Shown here one piece after another: positions 53,293 to 64,000 of a stretch of 64,000 nucleotides of DNA. The DNA comes from the human T2T-CHM13v2.0 reference genome, Homo sapiens. The DNA lies in the NCBI RefSeq assembly GCF_009914755.1, contig NC_060931.1; one strand, written 5' to 3'. The stretch's first letter is position 1, and each line of letters starts with the position of its first letter. The translations under genes were made by a program, and so were the position numbers. Below the pieces are notes generated by a model, which did no database searches, was not told the origin of the DNA, and saw nothing but the letters and a program-made list of their open reading frames with translations.

Positions 53293-53974
53293 TTAGAGAG
53301 AGCAGATTTGAAACACTCTTGCTGTGGCATTTTCAGGTGGAGATTTCAAGCGATTTGAGGACAATTGCAGAAAAGGAAATATCTTCGTATAATAACCAGA
53401 CAGAATCATTCTCAGAAAATTCTTTGTGATGTGTGCGTTCAACTCACATAGTTTAACCTTTCTTTTCATAGAGCAGTTTGGAAACACTCTGTTTGTAAAG
53501 TCTGCAAGTGGATATATGGACCGCATTGAGGCCTTCGTTGGAAACGGGATTTCTTCATTTCATGCTAGACAGAAGAATTCTCAGTAACTTCTTTGTGCTG
53601 TGTGTATTCAACTCACAGAGTGGAACATCCCTTTGCACAGAGCAGATTTGAAACACTCTTTTTGTGGAGTTTGCAAGTGGAGATTTCAAGCGATTTGATG
53701 CCAACAGTAGAAAAGGAAATATCTTCAAATAAAAACTAGACAGAATCATTCTCAGAAACTACTTTGTGATGTGTGCCTTCAACTCACAGAGTTTAACCTT
53801 TCTTTTCTTAGAGCAGTTTAGAATCACTCTGCTTGTTATGTCTGCAAGTGGATATTTGGACCTCTTTGAGGCCTTCGTTGCAAACGGGGTTTCTTCCTTT
53901 AATGCTAGACTAAGAAGAGTTCTCAGTAACTTTTTTGTGTTGTGTGTATTCAACTCACAGAGTTGAACCTTGCT
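53293..53974 (+). repeat. 4-mer HOR variant, type B (box-2 dimer lost), the only copy in the window
   Basis: Spacing 682. GTATAAT-AACCAGACAGAATCATTCTCAGAAA-ATTC joins directly to the box-3 monomer, junction in 53394-53418. Confidence 0.93.
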
Positions 53975-56900
53975 TTAGAGAGAGCAGATTTGAAACACTC
54001 TCGCTGTGGCATTTTCAGGTGGAGATTTCAAGCGATTTGAGGACAATTGCAGAAAAGGAAATATCTTCGTATAATAACCAGACAGAATCATTCTCAGAAA
54101 GTGCTTTGTGATGTGTGCGTTCAACTCACAGAGTTTAACCTTTCTTTTCATAGAGGAGTTTGGAAACACACTGTTTGTAAAGTCTGCAAGTGGATATATG
54201 GACCTGTTTGAGGCCTTCGTTGGAAACGGGATTTCTTCATTGAATGCTAGACGGAAGAATTCTCAGTAAATTCTTTGTGTTGTGTGCATTCAACTCACAG
54301 AGTGGAACGTCCCTTTAGACAGAGCAGATTTGAAACACTCTTTTTGCGGAATTTGCAAGTGGAGATTTCTAGCCATTTGATGCCAACAGTAGAAAGGGAA
54401 ATATCTTCAAATAAAAACCAGACAGAATCATTCTCAGAAAATTCTTTGTGATGTGTGCGTTCAACTCACATAGTTTAACCTTTCTTTTCATAGAGCAGTT
54501 TGGAAACACTCTGTTTGTAAAGTCTGCAAGTGGATATATGGACCGCATTGAGGCCTTCGTTGGAAACGGGATTTCTTCATTTCATGCTAGACAGAAGAAT
54601 TCTCAGTAACTTCTTTGTGCTGTGTGTATTCAACTCACAGAGTGGAACGTCCCTTTACACAGAGCAGATTTGAAACACTCTTTTTGTGGAGTTTGCAAGT
54701 GGAGATTTCAAGCGATTTGATGCCAACAGTAGAAAAGGAAATATCTTCAAATAAAAACTAGACAGAATCATTCTCAGAAACTACTTTGTGATGTGTGCCT
54801 TCAACTCACAGAGTTCAACCTTTCTTTTCTTAGAGCAGTTTAGAAACACTCTGCTTCTTATGTCTGCAAGTGGATATTTGGACCTCTTTGAGGCCTTCGT
54901 TGCAAACGGGGTTTCTTCCTTTAATGCTAGACTAAGAAGAGTTCTCAGTAACTTTTTTGTGTTGTGTGTATTCAACTCAGAGAGTTGAACCTTGCTTTAG
55001 AGAGAGCAGATTTGAAACACTCTCGCTGTGGAATTTTCAGGTGGAGATTTCAAGCGATTTGAGGACAATTGCAGAAAAGGAAATATCTTCGTATAATAAC
55101 CAGACAGAATCATTCTCAGAAAGTGCTTTGTGATGTGTGCGTTCAACTCACAGAGTTTAACCTTTCTTTTCATAGAGGAGTTTGGAAACACACTGTTTGT
55201 AAAGTCTGCAATTGGATATATGGACCTGTTTGAGGCCTTCGTTGGAAACGGGATTTCTTCATTGAATGCTAGACGGAAGGATTCTCAGTAAATTCTTTGT
55301 GTTGTGTGCATTCAACTCACAGAGTGGAACGTCCCTTTAGACAGAGCAGATTTGAAACACTCTTTTTGCGGAATTTGCAAGTGGAGATTTCTAGCCATTT
55401 GATGCCAACAGTAGAAAGGGAAATATCTTCAAATAAAAACCAGACAGAATCATTCTCAGAAAATTCTTTGTGATGTGTGCGTTCAACTCACATAGTTTAA
55501 CCTTTCTTTTCATAGAGCAGTTTGGAAACACTCTGTTTGTAAAGTCTGCAAGTGGATATATGGACCGCATTGAGGCCTTCGTTGGAAACGGGATTTCTTC
55601 ATTTCATACTAGACAGAAGAATTCTCAGTAACTTCTTTGTGCTGTGTGTATTCAACTCACAGAGTGGAACGTCCCTTTGCACAGAGCAGATTTGAAACAC
55701 TCTTTTTGTGGAGTTTGCAAGTGGAGATTTCAAGCGATTTGATGCCAACAGTAGAAAAGGAAATATCTTCAAATAAAAACTAGACAGAATCATTCTCAGA
55801 AACTACTTTGTGATGTGTGCCTTTAACTCACAGAGTTTAACCTTTCTTTTCTTAGAGCAGTTTAGAAACACTCTGCTTGTTATGTTTGCAAGTGGATATT
55901 TGGACCTCTTTGAGGCCTTCGTTGCAAACGGGGTTTCTTCCTTTAATGCTAGACTAAGAAGAGTTCTCAGTAACTTTTTTGTGTTGTGTGTATTCAACTC
56001 ACAGAGTTGAACCTTGCTTTAGAGAGAGCAGATTTGAAACACTCTTGCTGTGGCATTTTCAGGTGGAGATTTCAAGCGATTTGAGGACAATTGCAGAAAA
56101 GGAAATATCTTCGTATAATAACCAGACAGAATCATTCTCAGAAAGTGCTTTGTGATGTGTGCGTTCAACTCACAGAGTTTAACCTTTCTTTTCATAGAGG
56201 AGTTTGGAAACACACTGTTTGTAAAGTCTGCAATTGGATATATGGACCTGTTTGAGGCCTCCGTTGGAAACGGGATTTCTTCATTGAATGCTAGACGGAA
56301 GAATTCTCAGTAAATTCTTTGTGTTGTGTGCATTCAACTCACAGAGTGGAACGTCCCTTTAGACAGAGCAGATTTGAAACACTCTTTTTGCGGAATTTGC
56401 AAGTGGAGATTTCTAGCCATTTGATGCCAACAGTAGAAAGGGAAATATCTTCAAATAAAAACCAGACAGAATCATTCTCAGAAAATTCTTTGTGATGTGT
56501 GCGTTCAACTCACATAGTTTAACCTTTCTTTTCATAGAGCAGTTTGGAAACACTCTGTTTGTAAAGTCTGCAAGTGGATATATGGACCGCATTGAGGCCT
56601 TCGTTGGAAACGGGATTTCTTCATTTCATGCTAGACAGAAGAATTCTCAGTAACTTCTTTGTGCTGTGTGTATTCAACTCACAGAGTGGAACGTCCCTTT
56701 GCACAGAGCAGATTTGAAACACTCTTTTTGTGGAGTTTGCAAGTGGAGATTTCAAGCGATTTGATGCCAACAGTAGAAAAGGAAATATCTTCAAATAAAA
56801 ACTAGACAGAATCATTCTCAGAAACTACTTTGTGATGTGTGCCTTCAACTCACAGAGTTTAACCTTTCTTTTCTTAGAGCAGTTTAGAAACACTCTGCTT

Positions 56901-57040
56901 GTTATGTCTGCAAGTGGATATTTGGACCTCTTTGAGGCCTTCGTTGCAAACGGGGTTTCTTCCTTTAATGCTAGACTAAGAAGAGTTCTCAGTAAGTTTT
57001 TTGTGTTGTGTGTATTCAACTCAAAGAGTTGAACCTTGCT

Positions 57041-57722
57041 TTAGAGAGAGCAGATTTGAAACACTCTTGCTGTGGAAATTTCAGGTGGAGATTTCAAGCG
57101 ATTTGAGGACAATTGCAGAAAAAGAAATATCTTCGTATAATAACCAGACAGAATCATTCTCAGAAAGTGCTTTGTGATGTGTGCGTTCAACTCACAGAGT
57201 TTAACCTTTCTTTTCATAGAGGAGCTTGGAAACACACTGTTTGTAAAGTCTGCAATTGGATATATGGACCTGTTTGAGGCCTCCGTTGGAAACGGGATTT
57301 CTTCATTGAATGCTAGACGGAAGAATTCTCAGTAAATTCTTTGTGTTGTGTGCATTGAACTCACAGAGTGGAACGTCCCTTTACACAGAGCAGATTTGAA
57401 ACACTCTTTTTGCGGAATTTGCAAGTGGAGATTTCTAGCCATTTGATGCCAACAGTAGAAAGGGAAATATCTTCAAATAAAAACCAGACAGAATCATTCT
57501 CAGAAAATTCTTTGTGATGTGTGCCTTCAACTCACAGAGTTTAACCTTTCTTTTCTTAGAGCAGTTTAGAAACACTCTGCTTGTTATGTCTGCAAGTGGA
57601 TATTTGGACCTCTTTGAGGCCTTCGTTGCAAACGGGGTTTTTTCCTTTAATGCTAGACTAAGAAGAGTTCTCAGTAACTTTTTTGTGTTGTGTGTATTCA
57701 ACTCACAGAGTTGAACCTTGCT
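57041..57722 (+). repeat. 4-mer HOR variant, type A
   Basis: Spacing 682; junction 57510-57524. Confidence 0.95.
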
Positions 57723-60700
57723 TTAGAGAGAGCAGATTTGAAACACTCTTGCTGTGGCATTTTCAGGTGGAGATTTCAAGCGATTTGAGGACAATTGCAG
57801 AAAAGGAAATATCTTCGTATAATAACCAGACAGAATCATTCTCAGAAAGTGCTTTGTGATGTGTGCGTTCAACTCACAGAGTTTAACCTTTCTTTTCATA
57901 GAGGAGTTTGGAAACACACTGTTTGTAAAGTCTGCAATTGGATATATGGACCTGTTTGAGGCCTTCGTTGGAAACGGGATTTCTTCATTGAATGCTAGAC
58001 GGAAGAATTCTCAGTAAATTCTTTGTGTTGTGTGCATTCAACTCACAGAGTGGAACGTCCCTTTAGACAGAGCAGATTTGAAACACTCTTTTTGCGGAAT
58101 TTGCAAGTGGAGATTTCTAGCCATTTGATGCCAACAGTAGAAAGGGAAATATCTTCAAATAAAAACCAGACAGAATCATTCTCAGAAAATTCTTTGTGAT
58201 GTGTGCGTTCAACTCACATAGTTTAACCTTTCTTTTCATAGAGCAGTTTGGAAACACTCTGTTTGTAAAGTCTGCAAGTGGATATATGGACCGCATTGAG
58301 GCCTTCGTTGGAAACGGGATTTCTTCATTTCATGCTAGACAGAAGAATTCTCAGTAACTTCTTTGTGCTGTGTGTATTCAACTCACAGAGTGGAACGTCC
58401 CTTTACACAGAGCAGATTTGAAACACTCGTTTTGTGGAGTTTGCAAGTGGAGATTTCAAGCGATTTGATGCCAACAGTAGAAAAGGAAGTATCTTCAAAT
58501 AAAAACTAGACAGAATCATTCTCAGAAACTACTTTGTGATGTGTGCCTTCAACTCACAGAGTTTAACCTTTCTTTTCTTAGAGCAGCTTAGAAACACTCT
58601 GCTTGTTATGTCTGCAAGTTGATATTTGGACCTCTTTGAGGCCTTCGTTGCAAACGGGGTTTCTTCCTTTAATGCTAGACTAAGAAGAGTTCTCAGTAAC
58701 TTTTTTGTGTTGTGTGTATTCAACTCACAGAGTTGAACCTTGCTTTAGAGAGAGCAGATTTGAAACACTCTTGCTGTGGCATTTTCAGGTGGAGATTTCA
58801 AGCGATTTGAGGACAATTGCAGAAAAGGAAATATCTTCGTATAATAACCAGACAGAATCATTCTCAGAAAGTGCTTTGTGATGTGTGCGTTCAACTCACA
58901 GAGTTTAACCTTTCTTTTCATAGAGGAGTTTGGAAACACACTGTTTGTAAAGTCTGCAATTGGATATATGGACCTGTTTGAGGCCTTCGTTGGAAACGGG
59001 ATTTCTTCATTGAATGCTAGACGGAAGAATTCTCAGTAAATTCTTTGTGTTGTGTGCATTCAACTCACAGAGTGGAACGTCCCTTTAGACAGAGCAGATT
59101 TGAAACACTTTTTGGCGGAATTTGCAAGTGGAGATTTCTAGCCATTTGATGCCAACAGTAGAAAGGGAAATATCTTCAAATAAAAACCAGACAGAATCAT
59201 TCTCAGAAAATTCTTTGTGATGTGTGCGTTCAACTCACATAGTTTAACCTTTCTTTTCATAGAGCAGTTTGGAAACACTCTGTTTGTAAAGTCTGCAAGT
59301 GGATCTATGCACCGCATTGAGGCCTTCGTTGGAAACGGGATTTCTTCATTTCATGCTAGACAGAAGAATTCTCAGTAACTTCTTTGTGCTGTGTGTATTC
59401 AACTCACAGAGTGGAACGTCCCTTTACACAGAGCAGATTTGAAACACTCGTTTTGTGGAGTTTGCAAGTGGAGATTTCAAGCGATTTGATGCCAACAGTA
59501 GAAAAGGAAGTATCTTCAAATAAAAACTAGACAGAATCATTCTCAGAAACTACTTTGTGATGTGTGCCTTCAACTCACAGAGTTTAACCTTTCTTTTCTT
59601 AGAGCAGCTTAGAAACACTCTGCTTGTTATGTCTGCAAGTGGATATTTGGACCTCTTTGAGGCCTTCGTTGCAAACGGGGTTTCTTCCTTTCATGCTAGA
59701 CTAAGAAGAGTTCTCAGTAAGTTTTTTGTGTTGTGTGTATTCAACTCACAGAGTTGAACCTTGCTTTAGAGAGAGCAGATTTGAAACACTCTTGCTGTGG
59801 CATTTTCAGGTGGAGATTTCAAGCGATTTGAGGACAATTGCAGAAAAGGAAATATCTTCGTATAATAACCAGACAGAATCATTCTCAGAAAGTGCTTTGT
59901 GATGTGTGCGTTCAACTCACAGAGTTTAACCTTTCTTTTCATAGAGGAGTTTGGAAACACACTGTTTGTAAAGTCTGCAATTGGATATATGGACCTGTTT
60001 GAGGCCTCCGTTGGAAACGGGATTTCTTCATTGAATGCTAGACGGAAGAATTCTCAGTAAATTCTTTGTGTTGTGTGCATTCAACTCACAGAGTGGAACG
60101 TCCCTTTAGACAGAGCAGATTTGAAACACTCTTTTTGCGGAATTTGCAAGTGGAGATTTCTAGCCATTTGATGCCAACAGTAGAAAGGGAAATATCTTCA
60201 AATAAAAACCAGACAGAATCATTCTCAGAAAATTCTTTGTGATGTGTGCGTTCAACTCACATAGTTTAACCTTTCTTTTCATAGAGCAGTTTGGAAACAC
60301 TCTGTTTGTAAAGTCTGCAAGTGGATATATGGACCGCATTGAGGCCTTCGTTGGAAACGGGATTTCTTCATTTCATGCTAGACAGAAGAATTCTCAGTAA
60401 CTTCTTTGTGCTGTGTGTATTCAACTCACAGAGTGGAACGTCCCTTTACACAGAGCAGATTTGAAACACTCGTTTTGTGGAGTTTGCAAGTGGAGATTTC
60501 AAGCGATTTGATGCCAACAGTAGAAAAGGAAGTATCTTCAAATAAAAACTAGACAGAATCATTCTCAGAAACTACTTTGTGATGTGTGCCTTCAACTCAC
60601 AGAGTTTAACCTTTCTTTTCTTAGAGCAGCTTAGAAACACTCTGCTTGTTATGTCTGCAAGTGGATATTTGGACCTCTTTGAGGCCTTCGTTGCAAACGG

Positions 60701-63700
60701 GGTTTCTTCCTTTAATGCTAGACTAAGAAGAGTTCTCAGTAACTTTTTTGTGTTGTGTGTATTCAACTCACAGAGTTGAACCTTGCTTTAGAGAGAGCAG
60801 ATTTGAAACACTCTTGCTGTGGCATTTTCAGGTGGAGATTTCAAGCGATTTGAGGACAATTGCAGAAAAGGAAATATCTTCGTATAATAACCAGACAGAA
60901 TCATTCTCAGAAAGTGCTTTGTGATGTGTGCGTTCAACTCACAGAGTTTAACCTTTCTTTTCATAGAGGAGTTTGGAAACACACTGTTTGTAAAGTCTGC
61001 AATTGGATATATGGACCTGTTTGAGGCCTTCGTTGGAAACGGGATTTCTTCATTGAATGCTAGACGGAAGAATTCTCAGTAAATTCTTTGTGTTGTGTGC
61101 ATTCAACTCACAGAGTGGAACGTCCCTTTAGACAGAGCAGATTTGAAACACTTTTTGGCGGAATTTGCAAGTGGAGATTTCTAGCCATTTGATGCCAACA
61201 GTAGAAAGGGAAATATCTTCAAATAAAAACCAGACAGAATCATTCTCAGAAAATTCTTTGTGATGTGTGCGTTCAACTCACATAGTTTAACCTTTCTTTT
61301 CATAGAGCAGTTTGGAAACACTCTGTTTGTAAAGTCTGCAAGTGGATCTATGCACCGCATTGAGGCCTTCGTTGGAAACGGGATTTCTTCATTTCATGCT
61401 AGACAGAAGAATTCTCAGTAACTTCTTTGTGCTGTGTGTATTCAACTCACAGAGTGGAACGTCCCTTTACACAGAGCAGATTTGAAACACTCGTTTTGTG
61501 GAGTTTGCAAGTGGAGATTTCAAGCGATTTGATGCCAACAGTAGAAAAGGAAGTATCTTCAAATAAAAACTAGACAGAATCATTCTCAGAAACTACTTTG
61601 TGATGTGTGCCTTTAACTCACAGAGTTTAACCTTTCTTTTCTTAGAGCAGTTTAGAAACACTCTGCTTGTTATGTCTGCAAGTGGATATTTGGACCTCTT
61701 TGAGGCCTTCGTTGCAAACGGGGTTTCTTCCTTTAATGCTAGACTAAGAAGAGTTCTCAGTAACTTTTTTGTGTTGTGTGTATTCAACTCACAGAGTTGA
61801 ACCTTGCTTTAGAGAGAGCAGATTTGAAACACTCTCGCTGTGGAATTTTCAGGTGGAGATTTCAAGCGATTTGAGGACAATTGCAGAAAAGGAAATATCT
61901 TCGTATAATTACCAGACAGAATCATTCTCAGAAAGTGCTTTGGGTTGTGTGCGTTCAACTCACAGAGTTTAACCTTTCTTTTCATAGAGGAGTTTGGAAA
62001 CACACTGTTTGTAAAGTCTGCAATTGGATATATGGACCTGTTTGAGGCCTCCGTTGGAAACGGGATTTCTTCATTGAATGCTAGACGGAAGAATTCTCAG
62101 TAAATTCTTTGTGTTGTGTGCATTGAACTCACAGAGTGGAACGTCCCTTTAGACAGAGCAGATTTGAAACACTCTTTTTGCGGAATTTGCAAGTGGAGAT
62201 TTCTAGCCATTTGATGCCAACAGTAGAAAGGGAAATATCTTCAAATAAAAACCAGACAGAATCATTCTCAGAAAATTCTTTGTGATGTGTGCGTTCAACT
62301 CACATAGTTTAACCTTTCTTTTCATAGAGCAGTTTGGAAACACTCTGTTTGTAAAGTCTGCAAGTGGATATATGGACCGCATTGAGGCCTTCGTTGGAAA
62401 GGGGATTTCTTCATTTCATGCTAGACAGAAGAATTCTCAGTAACTTCTTTGTGCTGTGTGTATTCAACTCACAGAGTGGAACATCCCTTTGCACAGAGCA
62501 GATTTGAAACACTCTTTTTGTGGAGTTTGCAAGTGGAGATTTCAAGCGATTTGATGCCAACAGTAGAAAAGGAAATATCTTCAAATAAAAACTAGACAGA
62601 ATCATTCTCAGAAACTACTTTGTGATGTGTGCCTTCAACTCACAGAGTTTAACCTTTCTTTTCTTAGAGCAGTTTAGAATCACTCTGCTTGTTATGTCTG
62701 CAAGTGGATATTTGGACCTCTTTGAGGCCTTCGTTGCAAACGGGGTTTCTTCCTTTAATGCTAGACTAAGAAGAGTTCTCAGTAACTTTTTTGTGTTGTG
62801 TGTATTCAACTCACAGAGTTGAACCTTGCTTTAGAGAGAGCAGATTTGAAACACTCTCGCTGTGGCATTTTCAGGTGGAGATTTCAAGCGATTTGAGGAC
62901 AATTGCAGAAAAGGAAATATCTTCGTATAATAACCAGACAGAATCATTCTCAGAAAGTGCTTTGTGATGTGTGCGTTCAACTCACAGAGTTTAACCTTTC
63001 TTTTCATAGAGGAGTTTGGAAACACACTGTTTGTAAAGTCTGCAAGTGGATATATGGACCTGTTTGAGGCCTTCGTTGGAAACGGGATTTCTTCATTGAA
63101 TGCTAGACGGAAGAATTCTCAGTAAATTCTTTGTGTTGTGTGCATTCAACTCAGAGAGTGGAACGTCCCTTTAGACAGAGCAGATTTGAAACACTCTTTT
63201 TGCGGAATTTGCAAGTGGAGATTTCTAGCCATTTGATGCCAACAGTAGAAAGGGAAATATCTTCAAATAAAAACCAGACAGAATCATTCTCAGAAAATTC
63301 TTTGTGATGTGTGCGTTCAACTCACATAGTTTAACCTTTCTTTTCATAGAGCAGTTTGGAAACACTCTGTTTGTAAAGTCTGCAAGTGGATATATGGACC
63401 GCATTGAGGCCTTCGTTGGAAACGGGATTTCTTCATTTCATGCTAGACAGAAGAATTCTCAGTAACTTCTTTGTGCTGTGTGTATTCAACTCACAGAGTG
63501 GAACGTCCCTTTACACAGAGCAGATTTGAAACACTCTTTTTGTGGAGTTTGCAAGTGGAGATTTCAAGCGATTTGATGCCAACAGTAGAAAAGGAAATAT
63601 CTTCAAATAAAAACTAGACAGAATCATTCTCAGAAACTACTTTGTGATGTGTGCCTTCAACTCACAGAGTTCAACCTTTCTTTTCTTAGAGCAGTTTAGA

Positions 63701-64000
63701 AACACTCTGCTTCTTATGTCTGCAAGTGGATATTTGGACCTCTTTGAGGCCTTCGTTGCAAACGGGGTTTCTTCCTTTAATGCTAGACTAAGAAGAGTTC
63801 TCAGTAACTTTTTTGTGTTGTGTGTATTCAACTCAGAGAGTTGAACCTTGCTTTAGAGAGAGCAGATTTGAAACACTCTCGCTGTGGAATTTTCAGGTGG
63901 AGATTTCAAGCGATTTGAGGACAATTGCAGAAAAGGAAATATCTTCGTATAATAACCAGACAGAATCATTCTCAGAAAGTGCTTTGTGATGTGTGCGTTC

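Larger units (their letters stand above)
1..64000 (+). repeat. Centromeric alpha-satellite HOR array, dimeric SF1 type, 6-mer 1022-bp HOR (probably human chr7 D7Z1 / S1C7H1L)
   Basis: About 171-bp periodicity of alphoid motifs (CATTCTCAGAAA, TTCAACTCACAGAG, TTTGAAACACTC), a CENP-B box about every 340 bp, and near-identical units every 1022 bp. Alpha satellite is certain. The chr7 D7Z1 call rests on recalled HOR size, EcoRI 340/680 pattern and sequence, and is less certain (about 0.75). Confidence 0.98.
41900..64000 (+). repeat. Large duplicated block: about 41.9-50.7 kb repeated at about 56.2-64.0 kb (offset 14307, then 13286)
   Basis: The same ordered series of variant HORs occurs twice (ORF variants 42734/57041, 43128/57435, 44222/58529, 46265/60572, 48483/61769, 50351/63637). 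Confidence 0.88.

Noticed and set aside
152-63844. The many short ORFs (64-88 aa) recurring on both strands
   Set aside because: They are chance open frames in alpha satellite. They mostly use non-ATG starts, appear and vanish with single SNVs, overlap on opposite strands and resemble no real protein family I recognise.
1-64000. CRISPR-like or other repeat-spacer system
   Set aside because: There are no unique spacers and no associated genes; the sequence is entirely tandem 171-bp monomers.
1-64000. Assignment to the chr1/5/19 six-mer array (D1Z7/D5Z2/D19Z3)
   Set aside because: That array is also SF1 with a roughly 1-kb HOR, but motifs such as GATGCCAACAGTAGAAA and CTGCTTGTTATG fit my recollection of D7Z1 better. 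A search against HOR consensus sequences is needed to settle it.

Overview
The whole 64 kb window is one uninterrupted, single-orientation primate centromeric alpha-satellite array. Monomers of about 171 bp alternate between CENP-B-box-bearing and box-less types (dimeric, suprachromosomal-family-1-like). They form a 6-monomer higher-order repeat (HOR) of 1022 bp, which EcoRI would cut into 340 + 682 bp. This best fits the human chromosome 7 active array D7Z1 (S1C7H1L); that assignment is from recall and was not database-checked. Using the recurrent ORF-track marker (152, 1173, 2195 ... 62831, plus a partial copy at 63853) I count 65 HOR intervals: 48 of 1022 bp, 9 of 1021 bp and 8 four-monomer deletion variants of 682 bp. 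I saw no genes, transposon insertions or inversions, and all ORFs are artefacts of the repeat. I found no new protein-coding or RNA system. The interesting content is array evolution: nested multi-HOR duplications (offsets 2044, 3066, 3747, 4088, 4430, 5791, 6813 and 14307/13286 bp), two classes of 4-mer junction, frequent CENP-B box disruption, and a few clustered or conversion-like mutations. All counts were made by eye.
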